Shown: positions 16,646-26,439 of the stretch, one piece after another
Position numbering within the stretch: the stretch's first letter is position 1
How the letters are laid out: the number at the start of each line of letters is the position of its first letter
Source of the DNA: a virus
Taxonomy: Duplodnaviria > Caudoviricetes
Strand: one strand, 5' to 3'
Length of the DNA: 43,143 nt
Virus record (IMG/VR): IMGVR_UViG_3300003969_000009
Span: 1 to 43,143 of that record
Made by a program: the position numbers and the translations under genes
The notes under the pieces: generated by a model
Database searches by the model: none
What the model saw: the letters and a program-made list of their open reading frames with translations, nothing else
What the model was told of the DNA's origin: nothing

Positions 16646-18657
16646 ACAGCCGCCTGTTTCAACTCGGCCATGCCCTGGGCCACGTTGATGGAGTAGACCG
16701 GGATGGTCGAAGAGATTTGCAGGGCATACAGGTCCGACTTCTCGTCGCCCGGCAACTTGAATGGCTTGCTGTCGCTGACCTGTTGGGTAAAGACTGGCTC
16801 TCCGTCGCGGATCAATGTGAACTGCACGGATGGCTCGGTCTGGTCTGGGATTGGGAGAATTGCTGAACCGGCGATCTCATAGACGCCCACTTCGAAGCAG
16901 CAGATTTCGCCATTGACGTTGCGAACATCGGCCAGCAGCGCGGCATTGGCGTCTTGAATACTGGTGTCGTATTCCGCAAAGTCCTCCCAGCGCGCTTGCA
17001 CTTGGGCAACGCTCAGGTTCACTGCGCGGGCCAACTGGTATTCCTTGGACTTCCAAGACGCCAGGTAGCGTTTGATGTCGTTGCTGTCCCACTGGCTGAT
17101 CTCGTTGGCCTTGCCCACGTACAGCCGGCCATCCCATGGGTTGGAGTACAGCGTGTCCACTTGCTCATTGAACTCCAGCACACTGTCCGATTCCTTGGTG
17201 TGCATCATGAACATCCTGGGCTGGTCCGCGGTGTCGTGCATCGCGTAGTAGGCCCCGGCCTGAAAGCCTGCCTTGAAGGTGGACGGCATCATCAGCTGCC
17301 ACTCGTCAAAGGTGAAGAGCCCTTCGGTGATGTTGCGCACGCCACCGGCCGTGGCGACATAGAGCCCGTCATGGCTTGGGTACAGGGCACCGCTGCCGAT
17401 GTCCACCACGCCCCGTTTGGCTACGCATGGCGCCAGCGTGTCGCCGGGGATCTTGGTCAGGGTTGCGGCTTCTGGCACCGTGGCCGTGGCCACATACGGG
17501 AAACCGTCAGTCAGAACGATGGCCGCATTCCCTGCAGCGCACAGCGCGATGCCGGTGCCTGGGAAGGAATAGCGGTTGCTGATAGGCCACGAATAGGGCT
17601 TGTTCTGCTCTGACAAGCACAGCTGATTGCCAGACAGGCCTGCCATGACGCCATTGGCCAGCAAGACAGGGCTATGCAGGTCCTTGGGTGGCGGCAACGT
17701 GTCCAGGGTGGCGATACCTGGGGCAAGCGAAACCGTTGTGGCCGGTACCGTATCGCTGTAGGCAGTCGAGGCAACGGCGATCTCGGCAACGAACCGGTAG
17801 TCGACGTTTGAACCAATGGTGCGGTAGATGCACTTCGTCATGCCCGTGGTGTTGTGGGGAGCCACGCGGGCCCAAGTGTCTGCGCCTGCACTGTAGGTCT
17901 GGGTAGTTGCAAGGTCGACCACCACCTTATTGGTTGCCGTGTCCACGCTGACAAGGTTGAACTTGCCATTGAGGTCCGTCATGCCCGTGACGTCCGCGAA
18001 GACTACTTCTTCACCGGTCGCCAAGCCAAACACCGTGTCCAAAGTGACTTGCACTTGTCCAATGATGGGGGTGTCCTTCACGGCCGCGGACAGCGTACCG
18101 GCATTGGGTGGGGCGGCATTCATGCCCGTGATGTCCCAGCTGCCATCGACTTTGCCAGTCTTCAGCGTTGCGGGGCTAGGCCCGGACTCTTCACCATACC
18201 GGGTGCGGAAGGTGTAAACGTAGGCCCGGTCTTCGTTGGCGCCCACGCCACCCGTCACGGTGATGGCCATGGCGGCTGTCGGCGAGGGCACGCCCAGGAC
18301 AAACCATGCGTCAGGGTACACACTGCCGCTGATGGCGTCAGCGTAAGTCGTCATGCGCGGCTCACCGTCACCGCAGAAGTACAGCCGGCCAAGCGTGTCT
18401 TGAGCCACTGGAGACCGTGCGACGTCTACCACCTTGTCCCACACCAGCCAGTTGTAGACGTCACCGAAGCGGTACCGATACATGGTCGTGATGGCATCCA
18501 GCACGGACGTGTGCACCAGACCAAGGCCCTTGAGTGGATCAAGGCGGCCAGAAGTGATCTTGCAATTGATGGCCTGCTGCGCCTGGTTGTCGGCGATCAG
18601 GCGTTCAGACATGCGCGGCACAGCACCGCGGAAGGCGCGAATGGCGATGCCGGTCAT
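16642..18657 (-). CDS. Tail tubular/nozzle (packaged-DNA stabilisation) protein
   Basis: FRGAVPR start, YVYTF...GEESGPSP, SEQNKPYSWP, YPSHDGL; 671 aa, podovirus tail position. Confidence 0.75.
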   Translation of the reverse strand: MTGIAIRAFRGAVPRMSERLIADNQAQQAINCKITSGRLDPLKGLGLVHTSVLDAITTMYRYRFGDVYNWLVWDKVVDVARSPVAQDTLGRLYFCGDGEPRMTTYADAISGSVYPDAWFVLGVPSPTAAMAITVTGGVGANEDRAYVYTFRTRYGEESGPSPATLKTGKVDGSWDITGMNAAPPNAGTLSAAVKDTPIIGQVQVTLDTVFGLATGEEVVFADVTGMTDLNGKFNLVSVDTATNKVVVDLATTQTYSAGADTWARVAPHNTTGMTKCIYRTIGSNVDYRFVAEIAVASTAYSDTVPATTVSLAPGIATLDTLPPPKDLHSPVLLANGVMAGLSGNQLCLSEQNKPYSWPISNRYSFPGTGIALCAAGNAAIVLTDGFPYVATATVPEAATLTKIPGDTLAPCVAKRGVVDIGSGALYPSHDGLYVATAGGVRNITEGLFTFDEWQLMMPSTFKAGFQAGAYYAMHDTADQPRMFMMHTKESDSVLEFNEQVDTLYSNPWDGRLYVGKANEISQWDSNDIKRYLASWKSKEYQLARAVNLSVAQVQARWEDFAEYDTSIQDANAALLADVRNVNGEICCFEVGVYEIAGSAILPIPDQTEPSVQFTLIRDGEPVFTQQVSDSKPFKLPGDEKSDLYALQISSTIPVYSINVAQGMAELKQAAV

Positions 18658-18986
18658 TCAGTCTTCTCCTTGATGTGGCCTGGGCTGACCTTCTCAATCT
18701 CAACGGCAATGGCATAGGCCAAGGCGTGCCGCGGATGATCTTTGGCCTTCCACAGGCGTTTCAGGGTGTGGCTGATGGTGATTTCGTGTGGTTCCGGCCA
18801 GCCGAACACCAGCGCCCACAGAGTATGGACGGCAATCACATCAGCTACCCAAGCCACCAGCGCACAGGCGGCCAGGTCCAGACGCCACCATGGTGTGCTC
18901 TTGTCGTCCACGTAGCGCAGGGCAGGCTTGAGCAAGACCACCAGCACCACCGGCGACGCCAGCACGATGATCAGTAGCCATGTCAT
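18654..18986 (-). CDS. Hypothetical membrane protein
   Basis: Hydrophobic N-terminus; EITISHTL..PGH motif. Confidence 0.6.
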   Translation of the reverse strand: MTWLLIIVLASPVVLVVLLKPALRYVDDKSTPWWRLDLAACALVAWVADVIAVHTLWALVFGWPEPHEITISHTLKRLWKAKDHPRHALAYAIAVEIEKVSPGHIKEKTE

Positions 18987-19315
18987 AGCTGCGCCCTCAG
19001 TCTTTCCACCTCTTGCTCCAAACTCCAAAGCGCCGCATAGCCGTTGTCACGAGACAGCAGGATTGCATGCACTTCGTGGCGCTCCAGTCCAGCCGCAAGG
19101 GGGTCAGCACACGCACGATCCAGCGCAATGGTCAGCAAGGACTGCCGCGTCAACTTGGCTTGTGCGTCAGCGTGCTGGGCCTCAAGCTCTCGAATCTTTT
19201 GCAACGGCGTAGGTTTGTGGGACTCTTCCCACTGCGCTATTTCTTCGGCTGTCGCTGCTCGGTCGCCTTCCTGCATATCCCCCATGTACAGGCTGCCGTT
19301 TTGCTTGATGAACAT
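18983..19315 (-). CDS. Putative tail fibre assembly protein
   Basis: Directly downstream of the tail fibre; KIRELEAQ..LTR...LRAQL pattern. Confidence 0.55.
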   Translation of the reverse strand: MFIKQNGSLYMGDMQEGDRAATAEEIAQWEESHKPTPLQKIRELEAQHADAQAKLTRQSLLTIALDRACADPLAAGLERHEVHAILLSRDNGYAALWSLEQEVERLRAQL

Positions 19316-20926
19316 TTACCACCCCCTCTCAACGTAAGCCAATTGGCGCCAGTCGGCATTGACGATGGTGGAGGAACTGCCTGTGCCTAGGGTGACCACA
19401 AAGTAGGAGTTTGCAGAGTTCCCTGGCTGCATGTAGACAAAGGTGTCGTTCACGCCAATTGCGGCGAGAGCTGCTGACGATGCGGGGTTTGTCGATGGAC
19501 CAAAAACCTCGTCTCCCACAGCCCAACCGTAAATTGCCGATTTGCACCGCAGCACGTGCGTGGCCTTGCGTGGCTTGCATCCAATCAAGTGCTCAAGTGA
19601 TACCAGCGTTCCCGCAACAATGGTTTGCTCGGTGCTGACGTAGCGGCCCTTGATGGCGTACCACTTGGGAGAGCCTGACCACGAGCCGGAGGTGTGGGCG
19701 CATTGACCGACACACACGCGGTAGACCTGCGTGGCAACGGTGCCGTTGCCCACGTACACCTTGCCCTCTTGGATGTTTACGGTGTGCTGGCCGTTGGTAA
19801 CGCTGGGGGTGCCGCCGTGCTGGTAAATCCACGGCAACGTGCTGACGCCTGCGGTCACAACACCCGCCGCGCTGATTTCCAAATAGGGGTAAGCAGTGCC
19901 CGTGCCCCCTGGGGAGGTGAATGCAGCGTTGGTGATGTTGCCAACACGGTGCAGCCCAGCGCCTGCAAAGCAGGTGGCGCGCAGAGTTGCAGCGGTGGTA
20001 AGTGTGGCGGTGCCAGTGGAGCCACCAAAATCTGAGTAGCCGTTAGTGTCCACCGGGCCAGAAAGCACGGTTTGCGGGACGTCTGGCGTAGCGTCGACTG
20101 ATACAAATGGGTCAACATAGCCGAGTAGTTCTACAACGTCAGCGGCCGTCGCTCGCAGCATAAAGGTGCTTCCTGCTGGAGCTACTATGTTTGCTCCTGT
20201 CTGCGTCACGATGGCAGCATTGTTGGGAAGCGTAAATCCATCTTTCACCGTTACCCGGAGAACGCGGCCAACTGCCACAGTGAAAGCCGTGGGCTGTAAA
20301 GTCCCGGTCAGTTGAATGTCATCCGTGTCAGGAGCCCCTGTGGTTAGGTTGACAACACCCGCAACAGTTGCTACATCGATGCGCGTGGCACGTGGCGATG
20401 CTCCAGTGATTCCAGAATCCTTGAGAGGGCCAGAGGCAGCCGATCCAATAGCAGTTCTAGCTGCCCCTGCATCTGCCGCGGTGAACAGCGCATCACCCAC
20501 CGCACTCACGCCAAGCGCAACACGGCTTAACGCTGCAGTGGCGATTCCAAGCACGCTCTTCCAGAAGGTGGAGGCGCCCGATGCCAAGGCGATAGCGGCT
20601 CCCAAGTCTTGGGCGGTATGCCGAAGCCCAACGATGGAGCCGGCCAGGTAAGACCGGGCTGTCGTACCCTCTTGCCCTCGCAAGCAGTTGGTCATGGATG
20701 CCGCACCAGATGCGCGTGTGCGCACGTACACGATCTCAATGTTCTTGCTACTGTCTTCCAGGACAACCTTGAACCAGTCTTTGCCGACAGTAGGGATCGG
20801 GTCTGTCCCAGTGTCTGCCACTGGGAACAAGTCCGCCTTGGACAAGTCGACGGTCAGGCTTGTGTCGCCGGCAAGGATGTTCGCCATCAAAGGCGATCGT
20901 GCTGCGATGGTGAATTTTTGGGACAT
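19316..20926 (-). CDS. Tail fibre protein
   Basis: N-terminal EIVYV...RGQEGTTARSY.AG anchor; AARTAIG motif; Gly/Thr/Ala-rich beta regions. Confidence 0.8.
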   Translation of the reverse strand: MSQKFTIAARSPLMANILAGDTSLTVDLSKADLFPVADTGTDPIPTVGKDWFKVVLEDSSKNIEIVYVRTRASGAASMTNCLRGQEGTTARSYLAGSIVGLRHTAQDLGAAIALASGASTFWKSVLGIATAALSRVALGVSAVGDALFTAADAGAARTAIGSAASGPLKDSGITGASPRATRIDVATVAGVVNLTTGAPDTDDIQLTGTLQPTAFTVAVGRVLRVTVKDGFTLPNNAAIVTQTGANIVAPAGSTFMLRATAADVVELLGYVDPFVSVDATPDVPQTVLSGPVDTNGYSDFGGSTGTATLTTAATLRATCFAGAGLHRVGNITNAAFTSPGGTGTAYPYLEISAAGVVTAGVSTLPWIYQHGGTPSVTNGQHTVNIQEGKVYVGNGTVATQVYRVCVGQCAHTSGSWSGSPKWYAIKGRYVSTEQTIVAGTLVSLEHLIGCKPRKATHVLRCKSAIYGWAVGDEVFGPSTNPASSAALAAIGVNDTFVYMQPGNSANSYFVVTLGTGSSSTIVNADWRQLAYVERGW

Positions 20927-20952
20927 GGAGGTGGTCCTGTAAGGGGACGGGC

Positions 20953-20979
20953 AAAAAGAAACCCCGCACATGAGCGGGG
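20953..20979 (-). terminator. Intrinsic terminator
   Basis: CCCCGC-TCATGT-GCGGGG followed by TTTCTTTTT on the minus strand. Confidence 0.7.
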
Positions 20980-21007
20980 CTGTGATCCTCGTGCTGAGGG
21001 GATGGGG

Positions 21008-22267
21008 TTAGACGTTGCTCATTGAGGCGTTAGCCAAGGCAAGCATTTCAAGCTGATAGCGCTTCGTCGGGTCAGACATCTTCCACTTCATCCAAGCAGG
21101 ACCGCCAGAAAAATTGCCGCCGTAGTTCCATGCTGCGCCCAATTGCACATTGTTTGTGCGGATAGCGTCGAGTGCCGCTTGGAAATTGGCCGCCTCTGTT
21201 GCCAAGTCCACACTTGTCTGATCTACGGGGTCGCCGTGATAAGTCGAGCCAAATTCTTCCAGGAAGAATGGCTTGCCATATGCGTCAGCCCAGCCCTTTG
21301 TTAGAGCAATCAGCTCCCCGTGGGTCTTCCCCCCGTCGCTGAAAAACATGCCATTGCTCACCAAGTGCGGGTAGATGTGGTTGCAGACGGTATCGAAGTT
21401 CTGCTCACGGTAAATGACCCAAGGTAGGCCATTGGCTGCGCTGTTCCACTTTGCCAAATTGTCAGCGCCGAGGCTGTCAGTCGTTTGGGCGGTTACCGCG
21501 AAACTGTTGCCGATGGGTGATGAGCCAGAAATGAAGCGCCCATAGGGGTCTAGCGAGTTAATAAGTTCGATGCAATTTCGGCTGAAATCCCGCCATTGCG
21601 CCATCGTCATCTTGTCGGTTGCAAGGTAAGTCCCACCTCCAGGGCGTGTGCCCCAATTGAGCCAAGCGGCCTTGCTTCCGTCTGGCGCCCACGAGCTGTG
21701 ATACTCAGGACCATCCGCGTTCACAATTTCGTTGCCAAGACCCCATGCCCAGATTGCTGGAGAGTCTTTGTAACGGCTTACGACCTCGGTGATGAAAGTA
21801 GACGCAAGAATCCATGCGTTGCTGGACTTGTTGCCCAATTGGCTCATGGGTGAATATGTCCCATAAACGTCATAGGTCATGTCACAGAACCCCTTGAGGT
21901 TCCAGAACAGCGCAGGAATCAGCCCAACACCCAACGCCTCTGCATTCGCCACCAGCTCGTCTATCTTGGCGAAGTAAGTGGCCTTCTGTTGGTGGTAATA
22001 GTCATACCAGCTTGATTGACTGTACCAACCGAAAGACACACGGACAAACGGGAGGCCCCACGTCTGCTTAATGTCGCGCAAGTCGGCATAAGTGCTGGCG
22101 ATACCGCCCACACCCATATCGACCAGAGAATTCAGGGCCAGTGAGTAGTGGTTGATGCCCAAGCCGGTGAATGCCTTACCGTTTCGCTTGAAGCCTATCC
22201 CCGAGACATTCAGCCCCTTTTTTGGGGCATAGGCCGGACCTTGTTGGAGTGCGTCTAGGTATGGCAT
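21008..22267 (-). CDS. Glycoside hydrolase family 5-like protein (possible virion depolymerase)
   Basis: GINHY, RYKDSPAIWAWGLGNE (acid/base Glu), NHIY, KPFFLEEFG (nucleophile Glu), AAWNY. Confidence 0.85.
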   Translation of the reverse strand: MPYLDALQQGPAYAPKKGLNVSGIGFKRNGKAFTGLGINHYSLALNSLVDMGVGGIASTYADLRDIKQTWGLPFVRVSFGWYSQSSWYDYYHQQKATYFAKIDELVANAEALGVGLIPALFWNLKGFCDMTYDVYGTYSPMSQLGNKSSNAWILASTFITEVVSRYKDSPAIWAWGLGNEIVNADGPEYHSSWAPDGSKAAWLNWGTRPGGGTYLATDKMTMAQWRDFSRNCIELINSLDPYGRFISGSSPIGNSFAVTAQTTDSLGADNLAKWNSAANGLPWVIYREQNFDTVCNHIYPHLVSNGMFFSDGGKTHGELIALTKGWADAYGKPFFLEEFGSTYHGDPVDQTSVDLATEAANFQAALDAIRTNNVQLGAAWNYGGNFSGGPAWMKWKMSDPTKRYQLEMLALANASMSNV

Positions 22268-23058
22268 TAGAAGTGTGCCCGCAAGCGGTACTTGATTAAG
22301 TTGAACGTATCCAGTGCATTGGCGCTGGACATGTACAAAGAAACCTTCATGGCAGATGCAACGTTAAAGTTGGCCGTTTGGTCGCTTGCAGCAGACCCAC
22401 CCGAAGTGCCAGCAGTTTGCAGCCAGTTCGTTGTATTGATGCCAGTGGCAGAATGAACATCGACCATTGGCGATGGGCAAACATCCAGATTGTTTGTGGC
22501 AGCCATGGAGAAGCCGAATATGTTGGCATCCGAAGCACCGCCAACCGTGCCGATTGCGGCATTAAAGTTGGCAGTTCCGTTTGCGCCAACCCTTCGGCAA
22601 TGCGCCCAGAGTTCAATTTGCGCACCGGGAATTAGTAGTCCAGCCGGGATGCTTACTTGTGCAGCCGTGAAGGTAGCGCCAGTAGTTCCCGTCAGCGATT
22701 GAATGGGCGCAGCAATCGAGCCGCTACCAATCCCAAGCAGAACCGAGCCACCAACTGGCCGCCAGTATGTGCCATCGCTGACCCAATGCGACCCGGCGAG
22801 GCTCGCGCCCACGTCCGTCACACGGATAGTCAGTCCAGTATTACCTGCGGCTGCGGGCTTGGTCGCCCATGTAAACGATTGACCAGAAAGCGGGTATTCC
22901 TCACCATCCGCCACAAGCGCTACCCCCCCGGTGACGGGATTGGTACTGAGCACCGGGATGTTGGCAACCTCCCCGTTCGGGAAGACCAGACCTTCAGCGG
23001 ACTTGCCGTCTGCGGACATCTTGAACCGGGCGTCGGCTGTATCAAATTGAGATGGCAT
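22267..23058 (-). CDS. Putative virion structural protein
   Basis: Gly/Ala/Thr-rich; WVSDGTYWRPVGG motif seen in tail-fibre-like proteins; coupled to the GH5 gene. Confidence 0.6.
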   Translation of the reverse strand: MPSQFDTADARFKMSADGKSAEGLVFPNGEVANIPVLSTNPVTGGVALVADGEEYPLSGQSFTWATKPAAAGNTGLTIRVTDVGASLAGSHWVSDGTYWRPVGGSVLLGIGSGSIAAPIQSLTGTTGATFTAAQVSIPAGLLIPGAQIELWAHCRRVGANGTANFNAAIGTVGGASDANIFGFSMAATNNLDVCPSPMVDVHSATGINTTNWLQTAGTSGGSAASDQTANFNVASAMKVSLYMSSANALDTFNLIKYRLRAHF

Positions 23059-23085
23059 GTCAGTTCCTTCAGGTGTTCGGGGGCA

Positions 23086-23721
23086 TCAGCCCCATTTCTT
23101 GGTGCGCTGTGGTTCGCGGGTGTTGCCTACAGTGGCTTGGTAGGCGGCAAAGTTGACGGCGCCATTCCAGAGCGTGTCGTAGACCATGGCCAGGTCACGG
23201 TCTGTCCAGGGCTTGCGGCCCATGGCCATCAGGCGGGACAGCACGCCATGGCGGAATGCTTCGCTGTGCTGGGCCTTCAGGAAGTCGGGAAGCGTTGTGG
23301 CCGCCACAGTTGGCTTCAAGGCGGCTTTGATCACCAGGCCACCCACGACGGCAGCAGCTGGCACTTCAAGCAGCGTGAGTTCGGTGAGGTCCGCGCTCAG
23401 CGTGAAGGGCGGCTGATTGGGGCGGTACTTCGGGGTAGCGCCAGCGTTCTGGCGGCCTTCGTTGCGGTCACTGAGACGCCAAAGCAGCTCGCCGGCCACC
23501 GTCAGTTCCGTGATGCGCACCAGTTCACTGGATGCCGGTGTGGCCACCGTGTAGGTGCCCTGCTCTGCCACCAGGTCGATGGCGGTCAGGTCTTCACGCC
23601 ATGCACTGGTCTTGGTGCAGAAGTCGCGCGCCACCTCGCGCAAGTGCAGGTCGACCATGGGGGTGGCGATGCCCGGCAGCTCGGGCAACAGCAGGTCGTA
23701 GAAGTCAGCCAGTGCGCTCAT
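23086..23721 (-). CDS. Head-tail adaptor protein
   Basis: LPELPG..ARDFCTKTSAWR..LKPT...PW motif; position after the capsid genes. Confidence 0.7.
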   Translation of the reverse strand: MSALADFYDLLLPELPGIATPMVDLHLREVARDFCTKTSAWREDLTAIDLVAEQGTYTVATPASSELVRITELTVAGELLWRLSDRNEGRQNAGATPKYRPNQPPFTLSADLTELTLLEVPAAAVVGGLVIKAALKPTVAATTLPDFLKAQHSEAFRHGVLSRLMAMGRKPWTDRDLAMVYDTLWNGAVNFAAYQATVGNTREPQRTKKWG

Positions 23722-24044
23722 GACAGGAAGCCCTCAACAAGTTTGGCCATCAGCTCAGCGCGGGCGCTCACGACGTGCTCTTCGTCCTTGGTCTCGCAGC
23801 GGGCGATGACGTAATCCACGACGGGCCGGAAGAACTGGTCGTCAATGGGCAAAGGGTCCGCCGTCCCCAGCGCTGCGATGGGCGTGGAGTAGTTGCCCAA
23901 GAACAGATCGGGGCGTCGGTTCTTGATGGCGTTCAGGGCATCCAGCACGAAGCCCAGGCGTTCGGGCTCCGTGTAGCGCACATTGTTGACATCGCTCAGC
24001 GTGCGGCCCGCAGACGTCAGGACTTCGGCAACAGTGCGGGCCAT
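23718..24044 (-). CDS. Adaptor/connector protein (DUF6682-like)
   Basis: LSD.NNVRYTE.E.L....RPDLF...VVDYVIAR...KD.E. Confidence 0.65.
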   Translation of the reverse strand: MARTVAEVLTSAGRTLSDVNNVRYTEPERLGFVLDALNAIKNRRPDLFLGNYSTPIAALGTADPLPIDDQFFRPVVDYVIARCETKDEEHVVSARAELMAKLVEGFLS

Positions 24045-24050
24045 GGCGCC

Positions 24051-24488
24051 TTATTCCTTCACCGGAAAGGCTTCGAGCAAGGCGGCAGAGACCTTGGCGG
24101 CACCAGATGCGGGGTGAATCTTCACCTCCAGCGACTTGGCCAAAGCGTGCAGTTCTTCCTTGCTCAGGCCGTCGATCACCTTGGCGGTGCCATCGGGCAA
24201 TGTGATGGTGGCGGGCTTGGTGTTTTCCACCGTGGAGCCTGGTGTCAGCGTCAGCTTGTTGGGGTCGACGTCACCGGCAGCGGGTGCTGTCACCGGCTTC
24301 TGGACAGGAGCCAAGACCTTGGCTTGGGCCTGCTCGGTGTCACGCTCGAACACATCGGGATGGTTCAGCAAGCGCGGGGCGTGCTTGTTGTCCACTTCGA
24401 AAGAGTCACCTGGGAACCATGTCAGGCCGGTCAGGTGAATGAATGCTGTCTCGCCATCGGTCTTGGCGCCTACGTACTTGATCTTCAT
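24051..24488 (-). CDS. Hypothetical protein with C-terminal HeH/Rho-N-like motif
   Basis: MKIKYVG start; LSKEELHALAKSLEVKI. Confidence 0.65.
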   Translation of the reverse strand: MKIKYVGAKTDGETAFIHLTGLTWFPGDSFEVDNKHAPRLLNHPDVFERDTEQAQAKVLAPVQKPVTAPAAGDVDPNKLTLTPGSTVENTKPATITLPDGTAKVIDGLSKEELHALAKSLEVKIHPASGAAKVSAALLEAFPVKE

Positions 24489-24570
24489 GGGGAATCTCCA
24501 GAGGAAAGGGCTGGCCGCCACAAAGACAGACCAGCCCTTCTAGTCGCCGCAAACCGCGCGGCAGCGGGGT

Positions 24571-25032
24571 TTACTTCGGACCGTTGCAGTTGCCACCAGC
24601 GATCATGTGGATCTCGGGGTTGCCCGAAATACCAGCTGGCGCAGTGCCCACCAGCAGCTGGATGAACACATCTTCTTCAAACTGGATGGGTTTGAAGCTG
24701 CACTCCAGACGGCCACCGGCTTGACCAACGGTCTGGCCAGCGGCTGCGAAGTACGTGGCGTTGGTGGCCAGCGAGCTGCCCGTGGTGGCGGCGCGATAGC
24801 CAACACCGAACACGAAGGCCGTGCCGGTATCGCAGTCATCCGCCACAAAGGCCAGATCGCAGAGCTGGAAACCAGCGGGCACCAAGAAGTCGATGGTGTC
24901 AGTGCCTGCAGGGGTACCGAGACCACCGCCAGCGGCTGCACCGAGAACAGCCTTATCGGTGATGAAAGCGGCACGGCCATCGTTCGACATGAACGCGGGG
25001 GCCGTGGCCTTTTGAGCTTTGAGACTTGCCAT
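24571..25032 (-). CDS. Putative capsid decoration protein
   Basis: 153 aa, beta-rich, DDCDTG motif; immediately after the capsid gene. Confidence 0.65.
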   Translation of the reverse strand: MASLKAQKATAPAFMSNDGRAAFITDKAVLGAAAGGGLGTPAGTDTIDFLVPAGFQLCDLAFVADDCDTGTAFVFGVGYRAATTGSSLATNATYFAAAGQTVGQAGGRLECSFKPIQFEEDVFIQLLVGTAPAGISGNPEIHMIAGGNCNGPK

Positions 25033-25108
25033 GATTGGCTCCTATGAGTTGAACAGGGGTTTGCGGGCGAATAGCCCAGGGAGGTGGGGCACTGGGCCCC
25101 ACCATCGC

Positions 25109-26410
25109 TTACACGGAGCGCTTACGCACCACGCTGTCGATCACTGCCACACCGAAGTCGGTGGTTTCGAGTTCACCGCTGGAGTTGGGCAGTGCCCAGC
25201 GCAGCTTGTCCTCGGTACCCATCACTTCGCCAGCCAGCTCCAGGTTGCGCCCGAAGTTGGTCTTGTTCTCCAGCAGCGAGTAGGTTTCCTCGCTGGTCTG
25301 GTTGGCACCAGACACCACAGCCAGGGCCTGCGCGCTCAGGAAGATCGAGCGGGCCATTTGGTGGGTGGTCGACAAGCCGGCGGCAATGGTCACGTTGGTT
25401 TCGGTACCAGCCAGGCGGTTGGCGGCTGTGACGTGTGCCACAGCGTCACCGGCGTCATGACGCACGGCGTACTGCATCTTGCGCACCAGCACACCGTTCC
25501 AGAGGATCGGCGTACCAGCGAACAGCGGATGGCGGTTCAAGTCACCGTACTTCGCACGCTGGATGGCGTTGGTCTCGAAGGTGCGGATGTTGTTGCCAGA
25601 CGTGGTGTCCGTGATCATGGCGTCCCAGACCAAGGGGTCCACAAACAGGATGCCCTTGATGGGGTCATCACCGGCTGCGGGGTCACCAGGGATCTGGATC
25701 GGTGCCATCTTGATGGACATTTCGTCCCAGATCGCGGCCAGTTCATCGATGTGCGACAGCTTCATGGAGTCTGTCGTTGCGATGGATGCCAGCTGCGCAC
25801 CGCCTTGTGTCAGGCCACTGCCGTTCACCACCCAGTGGCGGTTGTAGGAAGGCGCCCGGACGGCGTTCACCATCATTTCAGCAAACTCAGGGTCCGAGGC
25901 CAGAGGCAGAACCCAGTCAGTGCCGTCCTGCTTGCCGCGGGTACCGGCCAACAGGGTCAGGCAACGCTGCCAGCGGAATGCCGGGATGGCACGCTTCAAC
26001 TGGGCCAGCGCGTTCATGCGCATGCTGTGGGGCGTGCGCTGCTGGGTCATCTTGCCACCGGCGGACACAGGCAGGGTAGCCATGTCCAGGGTCACGTCCT
26101 TGGTGCTGTACTTCAGCGCAGCGCCTTTGCCTTCGGCATTGCGGTCGCCCATCACGGCGCGCAACTTGACGACGTGTGCGCAGTCCACCTGGACGATGTC
26201 ACCGGGGCCCTTGGCCAGCTCGTCCACGCGCACGATCGGCATTTCAGTCGTGGACTGCTGCTTCAGCTTGCGCATGGCGGCATCATGCGTAGGCATGGGG
26301 CCGGTCAGGGCTTGCAAAGGGGTGGGTTGACGAACAGCCATCGCGCTCAATGCGGTGGAAAACTGCTTGTTTGCAAGGGCGTTGCCCTTGGGTACGGAAG
26401 TGGTCGACAT
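25109..26410 (-). CDS. Major capsid protein (N4-gp56/DUF4043-like)
   Basis: MPIVRVDELAKGPGD, MGDRNAEGKG, GGKMTQQRT, HPLFAG..LWNGVLVRK, DFGVAVID. Confidence 0.9.
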   Translation of the reverse strand: MSTTSVPKGNALANKQFSTALSAMAVRQPTPLQALTGPMPTHDAAMRKLKQQSTTEMPIVRVDELAKGPGDIVQVDCAHVVKLRAVMGDRNAEGKGAALKYSTKDVTLDMATLPVSAGGKMTQQRTPHSMRMNALAQLKRAIPAFRWQRCLTLLAGTRGKQDGTDWVLPLASDPEFAEMMVNAVRAPSYNRHWVVNGSGLTQGGAQLASIATTDSMKLSHIDELAAIWDEMSIKMAPIQIPGDPAAGDDPIKGILFVDPLVWDAMITDTTSGNNIRTFETNAIQRAKYGDLNRHPLFAGTPILWNGVLVRKMQYAVRHDAGDAVAHVTAANRLAGTETNVTIAAGLSTTHQMARSIFLSAQALAVVSGANQTSEETYSLLENKTNFGRNLELAGEVMGTEDKLRWALPNSSGELETTDFGVAVIDSVVRKRSV

Positions 26411-26439
26411 TTGTAGCTCCTAAGAAAGGAAGGCCACCC

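Noticed and set aside
19316-20926. Diversity-generating retroelement or invertible tail-fibre cassette
   Set aside because: No reverse transcriptase, invertase or duplicated template/variable region was seen.
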